Positions 1-9,523 are shown, counted from the stretch's first letter. The stretch is 64,000 nucleotides of DNA from Bdellovibrionaceae bacterium UBA3535 (GCA_002376845.1 DFOS01000028.1:1029-65028), one strand, 5' to 3'. Notes: generated by a model from the letters alone, not told the origin. Numbers and translations: made by a program.

Positions 1-547
1 CTTCTTTCACCTCATGCTCCAAAGAACTGTCGAAAACAACAATGCTACCTGCCTTTGGCTGAATGACTACTGGCTTGAGATCTTGATCATAAAGCACCAA
101 ACTCCCCGAACCCCTTGCACAGTCACTTAAATAAATCACACAGGTTAAAAGACGTCCTGGCTTTACCGAATGGCGGTCTCGATGTAGCAAGTAGCGATCA
201 CCTACTTCATATTTTGTAAGGTGACATTCAAACCTTTTTGCCGGCATATACAATTCTTTTCTAACAATCTCTAGCAAACCTAAAAAAACTGCTTGCATGA
301 TTTTCCCAGAATCTGTCGTAAAATCATCTACCCAATATATTTTGTCCGAGCGAATCTCTTTGATTTTTTTCTTACGCTCACCTTTGCCAATGGCTGCAGG
401 CCTAAGCAAAGCCTTCTTCTCTGCCGATTTTGCAGCAGAAAGTAAAACTTCCACCTCCTGTGCAGATAAAAAATTTGAAGCACGCCAATAAAAGTCTTTG
501 GTATATTGTGATAGGAATGATTTTAAATGCTGCTCCCAGAAATGCAC
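1..547 (-). CDS. 2OG-Fe(II) oxygenase, prolyl 4-hydroxylase-like (3' end runs off the left edge of the window)
   Basis: Absent from the ORF track because there is no stop inside the window. My own minus-strand translation reads ...IRSDKIYWVDD...YEVGDRYLLHRDRH...RLLTCVIYLS...GSLVLYD...IVVFDSSLEHEV. This shows the HxD...H iron triad and RxxTxxxYL pattern of P4H-type dioxygenases. An in-frame TGA (plus tca 581-583) bounds the 5' side. GTG at 547-545 is the first plausible start; the first ATG is at 298-296. Confidence 0.6.
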   Translation of the reverse strand, partial: MHFWEQHLKSFLSQYTKDFYWRASNFLSAQEVEVLLSAAKSAEKKALLRPAAIGKGERKKKIKEIRSDKIYWVDDFTTDSGKIMQAVFLGLLEIVRKELYMPAKRFECHLTKYEVGDRYLLHRDRHSVKPGRLLTCVIYLSDCARGSGSLVLYDQDLKPVVIQPKAGSIVVFDSSLEHEVKE

Positions 548-755
548 AGCCCCTGCCCTAAATATAAAATACTTTTGTGATCATGGAGGGATATAAGTTG
601 TAGTTTTCGCCTCTAAGTCAATAGAAATTGCTGAACTTATAAGAAATCGACGAAAAAGCGATTGCTGTAATGCGTTTTTTACTGATTCCTATAGCAGAGT
701 CATCCTATGATTTTCGTGCAAATGGATTGCAATTACTCAAGGAAGGGCGGGTGAA

Positions 756-1754
756 ATGTCTAAATTTCTCATCTTAATACTATCAATAGCTAGCACTACT
801 GCGTTCGCATCTCAATCGATCCGCGAATATACAGCTGCTTATTATTATCAAAGCAAAGACATTAGCTTAGAAAAAGCTTTACAACTTTGCCAAAAGAAAA
901 TGACCGAAGTTTCTCTTGCACTACAAACAACTGAAGTGGATGTATATTCGTCAGAATGCCGCGAGCTCTATCATTCTCTACCAGGCGATGAAGTCCACGG
1001 TTACTCGGCAACATTTTTACTTCGCTTTCCGGGAGTTACTTATATTGATGAATTTGAATTAGAAGTTGGCCCCCGGTGTGAACTGGAGAAGGACCAGATT
1101 CTTCATCGAATTCGCAGCGCTGGCATTTCCGTTATCCAAAGTCAGTGCGACAAGCAAGCTCTAAAGCTCGACTACCTATTTGAAACCGGCAAAGATATCG
1201 CAAAGCTTGGTAAAATCATGGTTTATAAAAACCAGGAAGATTGCCAATCTGCAATTTCGCAAGTCAAAGCCAGTTTAGCTAATCTGAATTCCTCCGTAAT
1301 TCACGCACGCTGCGCCGATTTTGAATACAATAAGACGCAACTCACCTCTTTGCAGCTTTATTATATTTCTAACAATCATTATGGGCAAAACACCATCATG
1401 TTAGAAGATTTAGATGAAGGGCAAAGCTGCAGCAATACGGCAAAAAACTTAGCCAATTGGTCACAGCAAGACGAAGTCGAGCCAGTTCTTACCTCTTGCG
1501 TATATCACGGTGGAAAACTACAAAGACAGCTAACGTATCTTTATGAAGCGCTGGATCCGGTTAGAAGCCAAATGTCTGCGGCCTATAAAGATGCGGCTAA
1601 GTGCCAACAAGTTCGAGAGCAAGTAGCAACGGCCATGGAAAAAGACTATCAAGTACTATCCTCCCATTGCTACAAAACAAATACTAAGAGCTATCGCTAC
1701 ATCATACATTATTTAAATATTTACGATTTCACTAGAAGGCTCGATCAGCTCTAA
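756..1754 (+). CDS. secreted protein of unknown function built from five C-x22-C repeat modules
   Basis: ATG ORF of 332 aa with an N-terminal signal peptide (MSKFLILILSIASTTAFA/SQ). Ten Cys form five pairs with spacings of 22, 22, 22, 22 and 21 residues. Each pair is followed by an aromatic-rich strand-like segment (YHS, LDYLF, LQLYY, LTYLY, YRYIIHY). Confidence 0.7.
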   Translation: MSKFLILILSIASTTAFASQSIREYTAAYYYQSKDISLEKALQLCQKKMTEVSLALQTTEVDVYSSECRELYHSLPGDEVHGYSATFLLRFPGVTYIDEFELEVGPRCELEKDQILHRIRSAGISVIQSQCDKQALKLDYLFETGKDIAKLGKIMVYKNQEDCQSAISQVKASLANLNSSVIHARCADFEYNKTQLTSLQLYYISNNHYGQNTIMLEDLDEGQSCSNTAKNLANWSQQDEVEPVLTSCVYHGGKLQRQLTYLYEALDPVRSQMSAAYKDAAKCQQVREQVATAMEKDYQVLSSHCYKTNTKSYRYIIHYLNIYDFTRRLDQL

Positions 1755-1775
1755 TTTATTTTATTATTTCTATCG

Positions 1776-1795
1776 GCGCACCTTTTCAGGTGCGC
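1776..1795 (+). terminator. possible intrinsic terminator after the repeat-protein gene
   Basis: Hairpin GCGCACC-ttttca-GGTGCGC lies 22 nt after the TAA at 1752-1754. The downstream T-tract is weak (TTCGT). Confidence 0.35.
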
Positions 1796-1818
1796 TTCGT
1801 AGTGATATATAATGGATT

Positions 1819-3192
1819 ATGGTGACTGATAATATACTAAATATACCCATCCAAAGTTTAAAGACCCTACACAAATCGTTAAATTATATTCGCACTGCCA
1901 AACTATGGCTACAAGTATTGATTGCCATGTTTTTGGGGATTGCCTGCGGCTGGTTGCTTAGCCCCTCTATGGGCCTAGTTTCCTCTAGCACTGCCGATAT
2001 TATGGGGGAGTGGCTAGCTCTGCCTGGCCGCCTATTTTTAGCATTGATCCAAATGATAGTTGTGCCCTTAATTTTTACCTCTATTTTACAAGGGATTGCG
2101 GCAGCCGGAGACATCAAGAAGTTAAAGAAAACTGGCTTGTCGGCTACCTTTTTCTTTATGTCCACCACCGTTCTGGCAGTAATCCTGGGCATCAGTGTGG
2201 GAATCTTTTTTAAACCAGGGCAATACATCGATACCGAAAAAATCGTGCAATCCGATACTGCGAAGGCAAAGATTGCTGCGATCCAAGAGCAAAGCGCAAA
2301 TCAGAGCTCGGCCGAAGATGTGAGCCCATTAAAACAATTGCCAGCAAAATTTACGGGCATTTTACCTAAAAACCCCATACACTCCATCGCCCAAGGCGAT
2401 ATGCTACAAATCGTTATTTTTGCCATCATCTTTGGTTTGGGCATGCTGCTACTTAAGCCCGAATCCGCACGCCCAATTTTAGATCTTACAGGCTCCATAC
2501 AAGAGGTCAGTATGCAGATCGTAGGCATTGCAATGAGCTTTGCTCCACTTGCGGTTTTTGGTTTGCTCGCCCAGTCCGTAATTACCACAGGGCCAGAATC
2601 GCTCTTGGGTATCGGCATCTATGCCCTTGCCGTCATTGGTGCTCTAGCACTGCTATACATTTTCTATATTTTCTTGGCTTTTGCCCTCGGAAGAGTCTCT
2701 CCCATTGTTTTCCTTAAAGCGATTCGTGAGCCCACATTGATTGGTTTTTCCACCAATAGTTCCGCGGCAACCATGCCCATCACTGTTAAAAGTGCAGAGG
2801 AAGGATTGAAAATCCCCACCTCCCTATCGCAATTTGTGATCCCCCTGGGGGCAACCATCAATATGGGTGGTACTGCTTGCTATCAAGGCCTTACCACACT
2901 CTTTATGGCACAAATTTACGGTCTTGATCTATCCATTAGCGCACTAACAGCCCTTATCGTCACAGCCGTAGGCGCCTCTATCGGAACCCCGGCTGTCCCT
3001 GGAGTGGGCATCATTGTTCTATCTGGAGTGCTCAGCAGCGCTGGCATCCCGCTAGCGGGTCTACCACTCATATTGGGTGCAGACCGCATACTGGAGCGTT
3101 TTCGCACCAGCCTTAATGTTACGGGGGATTTGGCCGCCTGTGTGGTCTTAAACCGCTTTATCAAAAGCCCTAATGATAAGACAGATGGCTAG
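1819..3192 (+). CDS. dicarboxylate/amino acid:cation symporter (DAACS / GltP family)
   Basis: 457-aa polytopic membrane protein with family-typical segments FSTNSSAATMPITV, INMGGTACYQG and DRILERFRTSLNVTGD. Confidence 0.9.
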   Translation: MVTDNILNIPIQSLKTLHKSLNYIRTAKLWLQVLIAMFLGIACGWLLSPSMGLVSSSTADIMGEWLALPGRLFLALIQMIVVPLIFTSILQGIAAAGDIKKLKKTGLSATFFFMSTTVLAVILGISVGIFFKPGQYIDTEKIVQSDTAKAKIAAIQEQSANQSSAEDVSPLKQLPAKFTGILPKNPIHSIAQGDMLQIVIFAIIFGLGMLLLKPESARPILDLTGSIQEVSMQIVGIAMSFAPLAVFGLLAQSVITTGPESLLGIGIYALAVIGALALLYIFYIFLAFALGRVSPIVFLKAIREPTLIGFSTNSSAATMPITVKSAEEGLKIPTSLSQFVIPLGATINMGGTACYQGLTTLFMAQIYGLDLSISALTALIVTAVGASIGTPAVPGVGIIVLSGVLSSAGIPLAGLPLILGADRILERFRTSLNVTGDLAACVVLNRFIKSPNDKTDG

Positions 3193-4406
3193 CGAGCTTG
3201 CCTTCTTTCGGAGGTTTTTCTTTTGCGCTTACCGTAAAAGGCCTTCTTCTTTTTCGATTTATGTTTTTGACCTGTTTTATGTCGAAAGCCCTCGCCTTTT
3301 TCTACCGGCACATCGAGCATGGCATCGGCTATATCGTACTTCTTTACTAGCCGATTCCAAGCTTGGCGCTCTCTTGGTGTAACAAAACTAATGGACTCAC
3401 CACTAGCACCATTTCTTGCTGTTCGGCCAATTCGGTGCACATAATCTTCATCTTGCATGGGCAAATCGTAATTTAAAACATGTTCCACATTTGGCGCATC
3501 CAAACCTCTAGCGGCAACATCAGTGGCACATAGAATGCGGGTTTTGCCATTTTTAAAATTGGTAATGGCACGCTTTCTTTGCCCCTGCGTACGATCCCCA
3601 TGAATCAAATCCACTGCCAAATTGTAACTAGCCAAATACTTTTTTAGCTTGTCCGTACCGTGCTTGGTTTTCAAAAATATAATCATGGAGCCTTTGCGCT
3701 CATTGATTTGATCCAAAACTAGGTCCATCTTTTTATCTGCTTTTACTACAATTGCTGACTGATGAATCGAAGCAACTGGCAGGGAGTTGTTTAGCGAAAT
3801 ATACTTAGGATTGGATAAATATTTAGCGGCTAAAGCTTTCACCTTCTTATCCAATGTGGCTGTAAAAAAAGAGGTCTGTCTTTCGGTAGGCAGATACTTT
3901 AGGATTTGCTCCAACTGCGGCGCAAAGCCCATATCAATCATGCGATCCCCCTCATCTAAAACCAGCTGCTGCACTTTATGAATTTGTACAGTATTGCGTT
4001 TTAGATGATCGATCAGTCGACCAGGAGTCGCCACAATAATGCGCGGCTTGTTTTGTAAGATACGGAATTGCTTGCGAATGTCTTGCCCGCCTACCAATAG
4101 GGCCACACGCATTTTCTTATCGCCTTCTAAGAGCTTACGTAAAAAGTCTGCAATTTGCTGTGCAAGCTCCCGCGTGGGGGATAGAATCAGTCCCTGCTGT
4201 TTTGGAGACTGAAGAAGCTTCTCAATCATTGGTAAGGCAAAGGCAGCAGTTTTGCCGGAGCCAGTTTGTGCACAGGCAATCAAGTCACTGCCTTCTAGTA
4301 AGATCGGTATAGCTTGCTCTTGGATTTCTGTGGCCGTTGTAAAAGACATCCTCTCTAAGGCATCTTTTAATAAATTGGCAAATGGATATTCTTGAAAATT
4401 GGTCAT
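3189..4406 (-). CDS. DEAD-box ATP-dependent RNA helicase (RhlE-like) with basic C-terminal tail
   Basis: Q motif TEIQEQAIP, motif I AQTGSGKT, Ia PTRELA, motif II DEGD (a variant of DEAD), III TAT, V ARGLD, VI HRIGRTAR. The C-terminal tail is Lys/Arg-rich. Confidence 0.92.
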   Translation of the reverse strand: MTNFQEYPFANLLKDALERMSFTTATEIQEQAIPILLEGSDLIACAQTGSGKTAAFALPMIEKLLQSPKQQGLILSPTRELAQQIADFLRKLLEGDKKMRVALLVGGQDIRKQFRILQNKPRIIVATPGRLIDHLKRNTVQIHKVQQLVLDEGDRMIDMGFAPQLEQILKYLPTERQTSFFTATLDKKVKALAAKYLSNPKYISLNNSLPVASIHQSAIVVKADKKMDLVLDQINERKGSMIIFLKTKHGTDKLKKYLASYNLAVDLIHGDRTQGQRKRAITNFKNGKTRILCATDVAARGLDAPNVEHVLNYDLPMQDEDYVHRIGRTARNGASGESISFVTPRERQAWNRLVKKYDIADAMLDVPVEKGEGFRHKTGQKHKSKKKKAFYGKRKRKTSERRQAR

Positions 4407-4473
4407 GGATTCTTCCTTTTTTTACCTCGAAAAAGAAAGATGGCTAATTCCAATTTTCCTTACGGGATAGGGC

Positions 4474-4502
4474 TATTTACGCGTCGCATCTACGCCTGTC
4501 AA
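4474..4502 (-). promoter_or_regulatory. sigma70-like promoter candidate for the helicase gene
   Basis: The minus strand reads TTGACA (4502-4497), a 17-nt spacer, then TAAATA (4479-4474). The -10 element is 68 nt upstream of the ATG at 4406. Confidence 0.4.
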
Positions 4503-4568
4503 CAGCTAATCTGCTGCAGGCTTATTTTTGCAAAATGGCGGCAAAAAAAGAATGTAGCCCCTTTATAT

Positions 4569-5555
4569 CTAATTATGAGGATCCTTCGTTAGCGAGGCCA
4601 ACTTGATGCCATAGTAGTAGTAATTGTCGTCTTGCCGACCCCTGACCACTTCTCCTTCAAAACTAATGCTTTTAAATTTTTCATCTCCGATTGTGCCCTG
4701 AATTTGCATGCCAATTTTTAGTTGCGGACCGCTACCCTTATCTTCTTGGAGCAGGAGACCAAACTCATTGTAATTGAGCACTTCCAATATTTTTTCTTCT
4801 GAATTTAAGAAAATATGTACTGGTATATGGGCAGCAAAACGCTTGGGTCTTTTTTGCGTACCGTATTCTTCTTCTAGGTACTTTGTCTCCACTGGCTTTT
4901 GCCTAGGCACTTGCCATACTTTTTTCGAATGAAGCTCCATGGCCGTAAGTTTGCCCTGATACACGCAGCCTGTATCCAGATTGATGCGATTCTTTTTAAT
5001 TTCTACATCTGCAACGGGGCTATGACCATGTACAATTAGTTTTCCCCAATTGTGATCACTGTTTAAAAATGGCTTTCGAATCCAGATCATCTCTTCTGCA
5101 TGCTGATTTAAATCTAGTTTTTGCAAATCCATAACCGGAACCCCGGCATGGACAAAGAAAAACTTTTTTGTCTCGTAAAAGTATCGAAGGTTTTTGAAAA
5201 ACTGCATATGGGATTCGGGAATCTGAAAGCCCTTAGCATCCTCTGAGTAGCTAGCAAGAGTGGCGCCACCGCCGTTCATAATAAAGAGTGCCGCATAAAG
5301 CGAGCTGGGATCTTCTAAAAAATCCAACATCATGGCTTCATGATTGCCCTTAAGACAAATGACATGGCAGTGCTTTTGTAGATCCAATATGCATTCAATT
5401 ACGCCTTTAGCATCCGGGCCGCGATCCACATAATCACCTAAAAAGACCACCGTACTTTTATTTGACAGTGGGAGTTTCTGCAAAAGCGCTCTCAGCTCCT
5501 CTGCACAGCCGTGTATGTCGCCAATAGCATAAATAGGATGATTTTTACGAAACAC
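4569..5555 (-). CDS. PPP-family metallophosphatase (PrpA/ApaH-like Ser/Thr phosphatase) with C-terminal PilZ-like domain
   Basis: N-terminal part carries GDIHG, GDYVDRG, GNHE and VHGH metallophosphoesterase motifs. The C-terminal ~90 aa reads KRPKRF...x20...NYNEFGLLL...GxVV...YYYGIKL, which resembles the PilZ RxxxR / (D/N)xSxxG beta-barrel pattern. Confidence 0.8.
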   Translation of the reverse strand: MFRKNHPIYAIGDIHGCAEELRALLQKLPLSNKSTVVFLGDYVDRGPDAKGVIECILDLQKHCHVICLKGNHEAMMLDFLEDPSSLYAALFIMNGGGATLASYSEDAKGFQIPESHMQFFKNLRYFYETKKFFFVHAGVPVMDLQKLDLNQHAEEMIWIRKPFLNSDHNWGKLIVHGHSPVADVEIKKNRINLDTGCVYQGKLTAMELHSKKVWQVPRQKPVETKYLEEEYGTQKRPKRFAAHIPVHIFLNSEEKILEVLNYNEFGLLLQEDKGSGPQLKIGMQIQGTIGDEKFKSISFEGEVVRGRQDDNYYYYGIKLASLTKDPHN

Positions 5556-5601
5556 TGCACCAGCTTAAAAGTATTCAAGACATTTAGCAAGCTTAGGGAG
5601 A

Positions 5602-6024
5602 CTAGTGTTCGACCTTCTTTCTAAGACTTTTTATTTCTCCGCGACGTTTTTTCTCTTTAAGGCGTTTTTCTTTTTGCGCTGCTTTGGGCTTGGTTTTTTT
5701 GCGTTTTTTCTGTGTTTTGGAGGCCTGGCTTAGAAGTTGCTTTAACTTATCCAAACAATCCTTTTTATTCCGATCTTGGCTACGGTATTGATCCGAATAA
5801 ATATGAATTTCACCACGATCATTTAAGTGTTTCGCTAAACGCATACTAAGATAGTCTTTTAAGATTAAGTCCATGCTTTTTGATAAATCCAAACTCCATA
5901 CTAGATGGACCTTTGTATTGGCTTTATTTACCTTTTGGCCGCCAGGCCCGGAACTTCTCGCAAAACGAAAATTTATTTCCTGCATGGGAATCTTGATTTT
6001 TTCATTTACATACAAGTAAGCCAA
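5602..6024 (-). CDS. arfB: peptidyl-tRNA hydrolase ArfB (alternative ribosome-rescue factor B)
   Basis: 140 aa with the GGQ motif in SGPGGQKVNK and a Lys/Arg-rich C-terminal tail, the standard ArfB/YaeJ architecture. Confidence 0.9.
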   Translation of the reverse strand: MAYLYVNEKIKIPMQEINFRFARSSGPGGQKVNKANTKVHLVWSLDLSKSMDLILKDYLSMRLAKHLNDRGEIHIYSDQYRSQDRNKKDCLDKLKQLLSQASKTQKKRKKTKPKAAQKEKRLKEKKRRGEIKSLRKKVEH

Positions 6025-6098
6025 TAAAACCTCTCCACTTCATCCTACCAAGAGGCATTGCAAAAGAGTATAGGTTCTAACAGGAAATCATTATGAAA

Positions 6099-6800
6099 TT
6101 AAAATTTCGCTAGCAAACTGGTAGCAAACTTAGTATCTACGCGCTCCTTGGCGTCCACAGGATCATTATTGAAATTGTACAAATAAGAAGTTTTTAGACT
6201 TAAAGTATTAGTTAAGGTCACCGCAAGTGAAGCCTCTGCATTGATAAGGTAGTCATCCGAGGACTCAAAACTTTGAATATATTCTGCCCAGACTTTACCC
6301 TGCATTTCTTCACGAAACTTATATAGCCCCTCTAAATACAAACGCGAACGCGTAGTCTTTTCACTTTCTAAAGCCGTCACAGTCTTATTTTCCACCACAT
6401 ACCGCAAACCTGCTTCACTGAACGCAGTATAAGTATCCGTCTTCATCAGAAAGCGTTTCCAACCAGCATCCGTATTGTAGCGCCTTGAAAAACCGGCAAA
6501 GCGATCCGATTCCACCAAATGACCTAAAAAGACATCGTTTTTCTCATCCAAAGTATGATCGTACCTCAGGAGCACACGCCAGTTCTCAGCATTCGTGTCG
6601 CTTTCACTTTCACCATAGGTATAGAATAGATCTAACCGCAAACTTTCTTTTTGAAACGTATAGGTGTTTTTGGATTTTACATCATAGGTTTGCAATTCTG
6701 TATTTCCACTTGTGGAGAGCAAGGCTAGCTCTTCTTCAAATTGAAATTTAGCATGGGCATAACTAGAAGTGAGCAGTGCAAGAAGTATTATGTATCGCAT
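6099..6800 (-). CDS. DUF481 (YdiY-like) outer-membrane beta-barrel protein
   Basis: The internal Met at 6800 begins a signal peptide (MRYIILLALLTSSYAHA). The LLSTSGNTE, DRFAGFSRRY and LKTSYLYNFNNDP...SLLAKF segments parallel E. coli YdiY. The protein ends in Phe. Confidence 0.7.
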   Translation of the reverse strand: MRYIILLALLTSSYAHAKFQFEEELALLSTSGNTELQTYDVKSKNTYTFQKESLRLDLFYTYGESESDTNAENWRVLLRYDHTLDEKNDVFLGHLVESDRFAGFSRRYNTDAGWKRFLMKTDTYTAFSEAGLRYVVENKTVTALESEKTTRSRLYLEGLYKFREEMQGKVWAEYIQSFESSDDYLINAEASLAVTLTNTLSLKTSYLYNFNNDPVDAKERVDTKFATSLLAKF

Positions 6801-6822
6801 GCAGAAAGATATAACGTAGGCT

Positions 6823-7278
6823 TTAGTAAATTTCCACGGGGATTTGAAAATAACACTGACTAAGAGACAAAGCGTCATTTACATGGAAATGCTTCGTGGA
6901 ATGCATACCTTGTGCAAAATTATCACTGACGATTTTACAAGACATCAATAAGCGCTCGGATTGAATCAAGTCTATGCCTAGTTCCATTTTTTCACGAAAT
7001 TCATCTTGCCCCAAAAGTCTTTTATGTCGTTCTACTGCAAAAAGCTTGGAGATTTCCTCACGCCGCCTTTGTTCCATTGCAAGCAAACTAGGAAAATCTT
7101 TTTTTTCAAAAGAAATTTCCAATCCCTCTTTTGAGGGCGCAAATTCTACTGCTTTATCCAAAATCTCTGCATTTAAGTCGCTTACCGATAGGCCGATCGA
7201 TGCGAGATACTGCTTTGCATAAGAGTCATAGGGATCCGTATTTGCAAAAGTCATGAATAGAACTAATAGGGAGAACAT
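6823..7278 (-). CDS. hypothetical protein
   Basis: 151-aa ATG ORF with a hydrophobic N-terminus and no motif I recognise. It overlaps the annotated long form of the DUF481 ORF but not its likely start at 6800. Confidence 0.4.
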   Translation of the reverse strand: MFSLLVLFMTFANTDPYDSYAKQYLASIGLSVSDLNAEILDKAVEFAPSKEGLEISFEKKDFPSLLAMEQRRREEISKLFAVERHKRLLGQDEFREKMELGIDLIQSERLLMSCKIVSDNFAQGMHSTKHFHVNDALSLSQCYFQIPVEIY

Positions 7279-7380
7279 ACTGACAATCTAATATATGCCT
7301 ATTTATTCGGCAAATAATGGGATTTTATTTGCAAAATTTTCCTGAATTGCCGCATTCTTCTGTGGTTCATAGGAGACGTA

Positions 7381-8604
7381 TTGGCTCGCTTAGTCTTTTC
7401 TTTCAAGCAAATGGGACCTGGGCTTATCTTAGCTGGAGCGGCGGTTGGCGTATCGCACCTGGTACAATCAACACGCGCCGGTGCTTCTTATGGCTTAGAA
7501 CTTCTGCCAATGATCTTGCTTGCCAATATTTTAAAATTTCCCTCCTTCTATGCGGCACCTTTGTATGTAGACCGATACAAAAACGATTTGATTCACGCCT
7601 ATGAGCATATATCCAAATGGCTTTTGGCACTGGTGGTTGTAACCCTGGTATCCACCATGTTCATTGTGATTGCCGCCGTTTGCCTAATGAGCGGTGGACT
7701 ATTGGGCGCAATTACTGGCCTACCTCTCCCTGCTTCTCTGCTATCTGCCATGGTCATGGCCTTGGTGGTATACATTCTTATTAAAGGGCACTACCAACTG
7801 TTGGACCAAATCATGAAGCCCGTTTATATCACCCTAAGTATCAGCCTCCTATTATGTGCGGCACTCTTAGTCGCAAAAAGCGACTTCTCTCATATCAACT
7901 TCGTGCCGCGCATGGAGATTTTTCGGGAACCTGCCATCTACTTTGTTATTGCTCTCATGGGGTGGATGCCAGCGCCTTTGGACATGCCAATATACAGCTC
8001 CATGTGGACATTGGAAAAACATAAATCCACCAAAATCTCCAGCCAGAATACTCGCTTTGATTTTCATGCTGGCTACTGGTCCTGCACCATTCTAGCAATT
8101 TTATTTTTATTTTTGGGTTACAGTCTTATGTACCAAAAAGGCATATCTTTTGCTGCCTCACCAATACAGTTTTCGCAGCAGATTCTAGGCCTATTTCGGC
8201 AAACACTAGGTGATTGGGCCTACCCACTTGTTGGTACCTGCATTCTTCTTGTTATGTTTTCCACAAGCCTTGCCGTTATGGATGGCTATCAACGTTTAAG
8301 TTTAAGGCTGATTCACAAATATTTTAGCAAGTCCAAAAAACTAGATACGCCCATCATTCTTAGCATTAGTCTATTGGCATATGTAATAATTCTTTTATTT
8401 TCTGATTCCATGAAAGTAATGGCAGATTTTGCTACCACCATTTGCTTTCTAACCACTCCACTATTTGCCCTAACGAATCATCAAATTCTATTTCATAAGA
8501 AACGCAGGCTATCTACTAGCCTTACGCTGAAGATTATAAGCAATGCCAACATCCTGTTTTTTTCCTGTATGAGTCTTTATTTTTTCTACTTAAAGCTCCG
8601 CTAA
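7381..8604 (+). CDS. Nramp-family-like metal ion transporter
   Basis: 407-aa polytopic protein with a TTG start. The N-terminal segment GPGLILAGAAVGVSHLVQSTRAGASYGLELL resembles the first conserved Nramp/MntH-like block. The assignment is tentative. Confidence 0.55.
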   Translation: MARLVFSFKQMGPGLILAGAAVGVSHLVQSTRAGASYGLELLPMILLANILKFPSFYAAPLYVDRYKNDLIHAYEHISKWLLALVVVTLVSTMFIVIAAVCLMSGGLLGAITGLPLPASLLSAMVMALVVYILIKGHYQLLDQIMKPVYITLSISLLLCAALLVAKSDFSHINFVPRMEIFREPAIYFVIALMGWMPAPLDMPIYSSMWTLEKHKSTKISSQNTRFDFHAGYWSCTILAILFLFLGYSLMYQKGISFAASPIQFSQQILGLFRQTLGDWAYPLVGTCILLVMFSTSLAVMDGYQRLSLRLIHKYFSKSKKLDTPIILSISLLAYVIILLFSDSMKVMADFATTICFLTTPLFALTNHQILFHKKRRLSTSLTLKIISNANILFFSCMSLYFFYLKLR

Positions 8605-8637
8605 ACCCGGCCCTCTTCTTGCAGCCCTTAGATAGGT

Positions 8638-9471
8638 ATGAAGAAATACCTCGTTGTTTTCGCTCTAAGCCTTTTGCCTACCATCTCAATGGCAAAAAAC
8701 GTCACTGAGAAACAATTCGCGCTTATAAGAGAAGCCCTGGAATACCGTCCCCCCGGTATAAGTCTTCGTGAGTGGCAAGAAATCAAAAAAGAAATCGCAC
8801 AAACGCAAATCCCCATCGACTTTCATATAACGTCCTATGAAAAACTGAATGTTAAGGCCATGAACTCAGGTTTACGCAATAAGGTAGAAAAATTTATAGC
8901 AGCAAAGCAAGTCGCTTTTCGGGTGATTCGCCATGAAGACAGCCCTTATCCTGCAAAGCAAACCTATAGTTTGGAGGATATCACATCCGTAAATCAAGCC
9001 CATAGCAGCAATAAGTCGAAATTCCAGGAGCGAATGGATCACCTAGCTGGTGCTAGCATTTATAGAGCAGCTCGAAAAGCCGGTATGGACCCCGTGGAGT
9101 CCTTTGCCTTCTCCACTGGCGTGAGCAATTTCTTATGGCCGGAAAATGTGGACTTTGAAGATATGGAAAACATTGCCAAAAACAGTGGACTAGCCATAGT
9201 GTTTGGAGAGATTGCTTATAATACAGCCAATCATATTCGTAATAACGATGGCCGCTTAGCAGGCTCCAAACCTCTTGGGCAAATCGTTATGTTAGTAGCT
9301 GACCCTTCGCAAGCCCTCGAAGATGCCGCTCTAAGTATAAGCAAAAGGCCACTCTTTGAGAGCATTGATTTTGGCTTTGCTAGCGTGGAAGTGCCCCGCT
9401 ATGAGTACGAACTCAACCCTAGTTCTGAGCACACCATCGGAATACATATGAAAATTCATTTTCACCCCTAA
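8638..9471 (+). CDS. secreted hypothetical protein
   Basis: 277-aa ATG ORF with signal peptide MKKYLVVFALSLLPTISMA. No recognisable motif. Confidence 0.55.
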   Translation: MKKYLVVFALSLLPTISMAKNVTEKQFALIREALEYRPPGISLREWQEIKKEIAQTQIPIDFHITSYEKLNVKAMNSGLRNKVEKFIAAKQVAFRVIRHEDSPYPAKQTYSLEDITSVNQAHSSNKSKFQERMDHLAGASIYRAARKAGMDPVESFAFSTGVSNFLWPENVDFEDMENIAKNSGLAIVFGEIAYNTANHIRNNDGRLAGSKPLGQIVMLVADPSQALEDAALSISKRPLFESIDFGFASVEVPRYEYELNPSSEHTIGIHMKIHFHP

Positions 9472-9523
9472 GGAATTTCCAAGACTAACTTAAATACTTG
9501 CTCCCCTGCGTGCTTACGCTACA

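Noticed and set aside
4392-4592. A 66-aa plus-strand ORF between the helicase and phosphatase genes.
   Set aside because: It covers the helicase promoter and leader, has no RBS, and overlaps the phosphatase 3' end. It is most likely non-coding.
6801-6878. The 26-aa N-terminal extension of the DUF481 ORF, overlapping the 6823..7278 gene.
   Set aside because: The internal Met at 6800 starts a textbook signal peptide and removes the overlap. The extension has no signal-peptide character.
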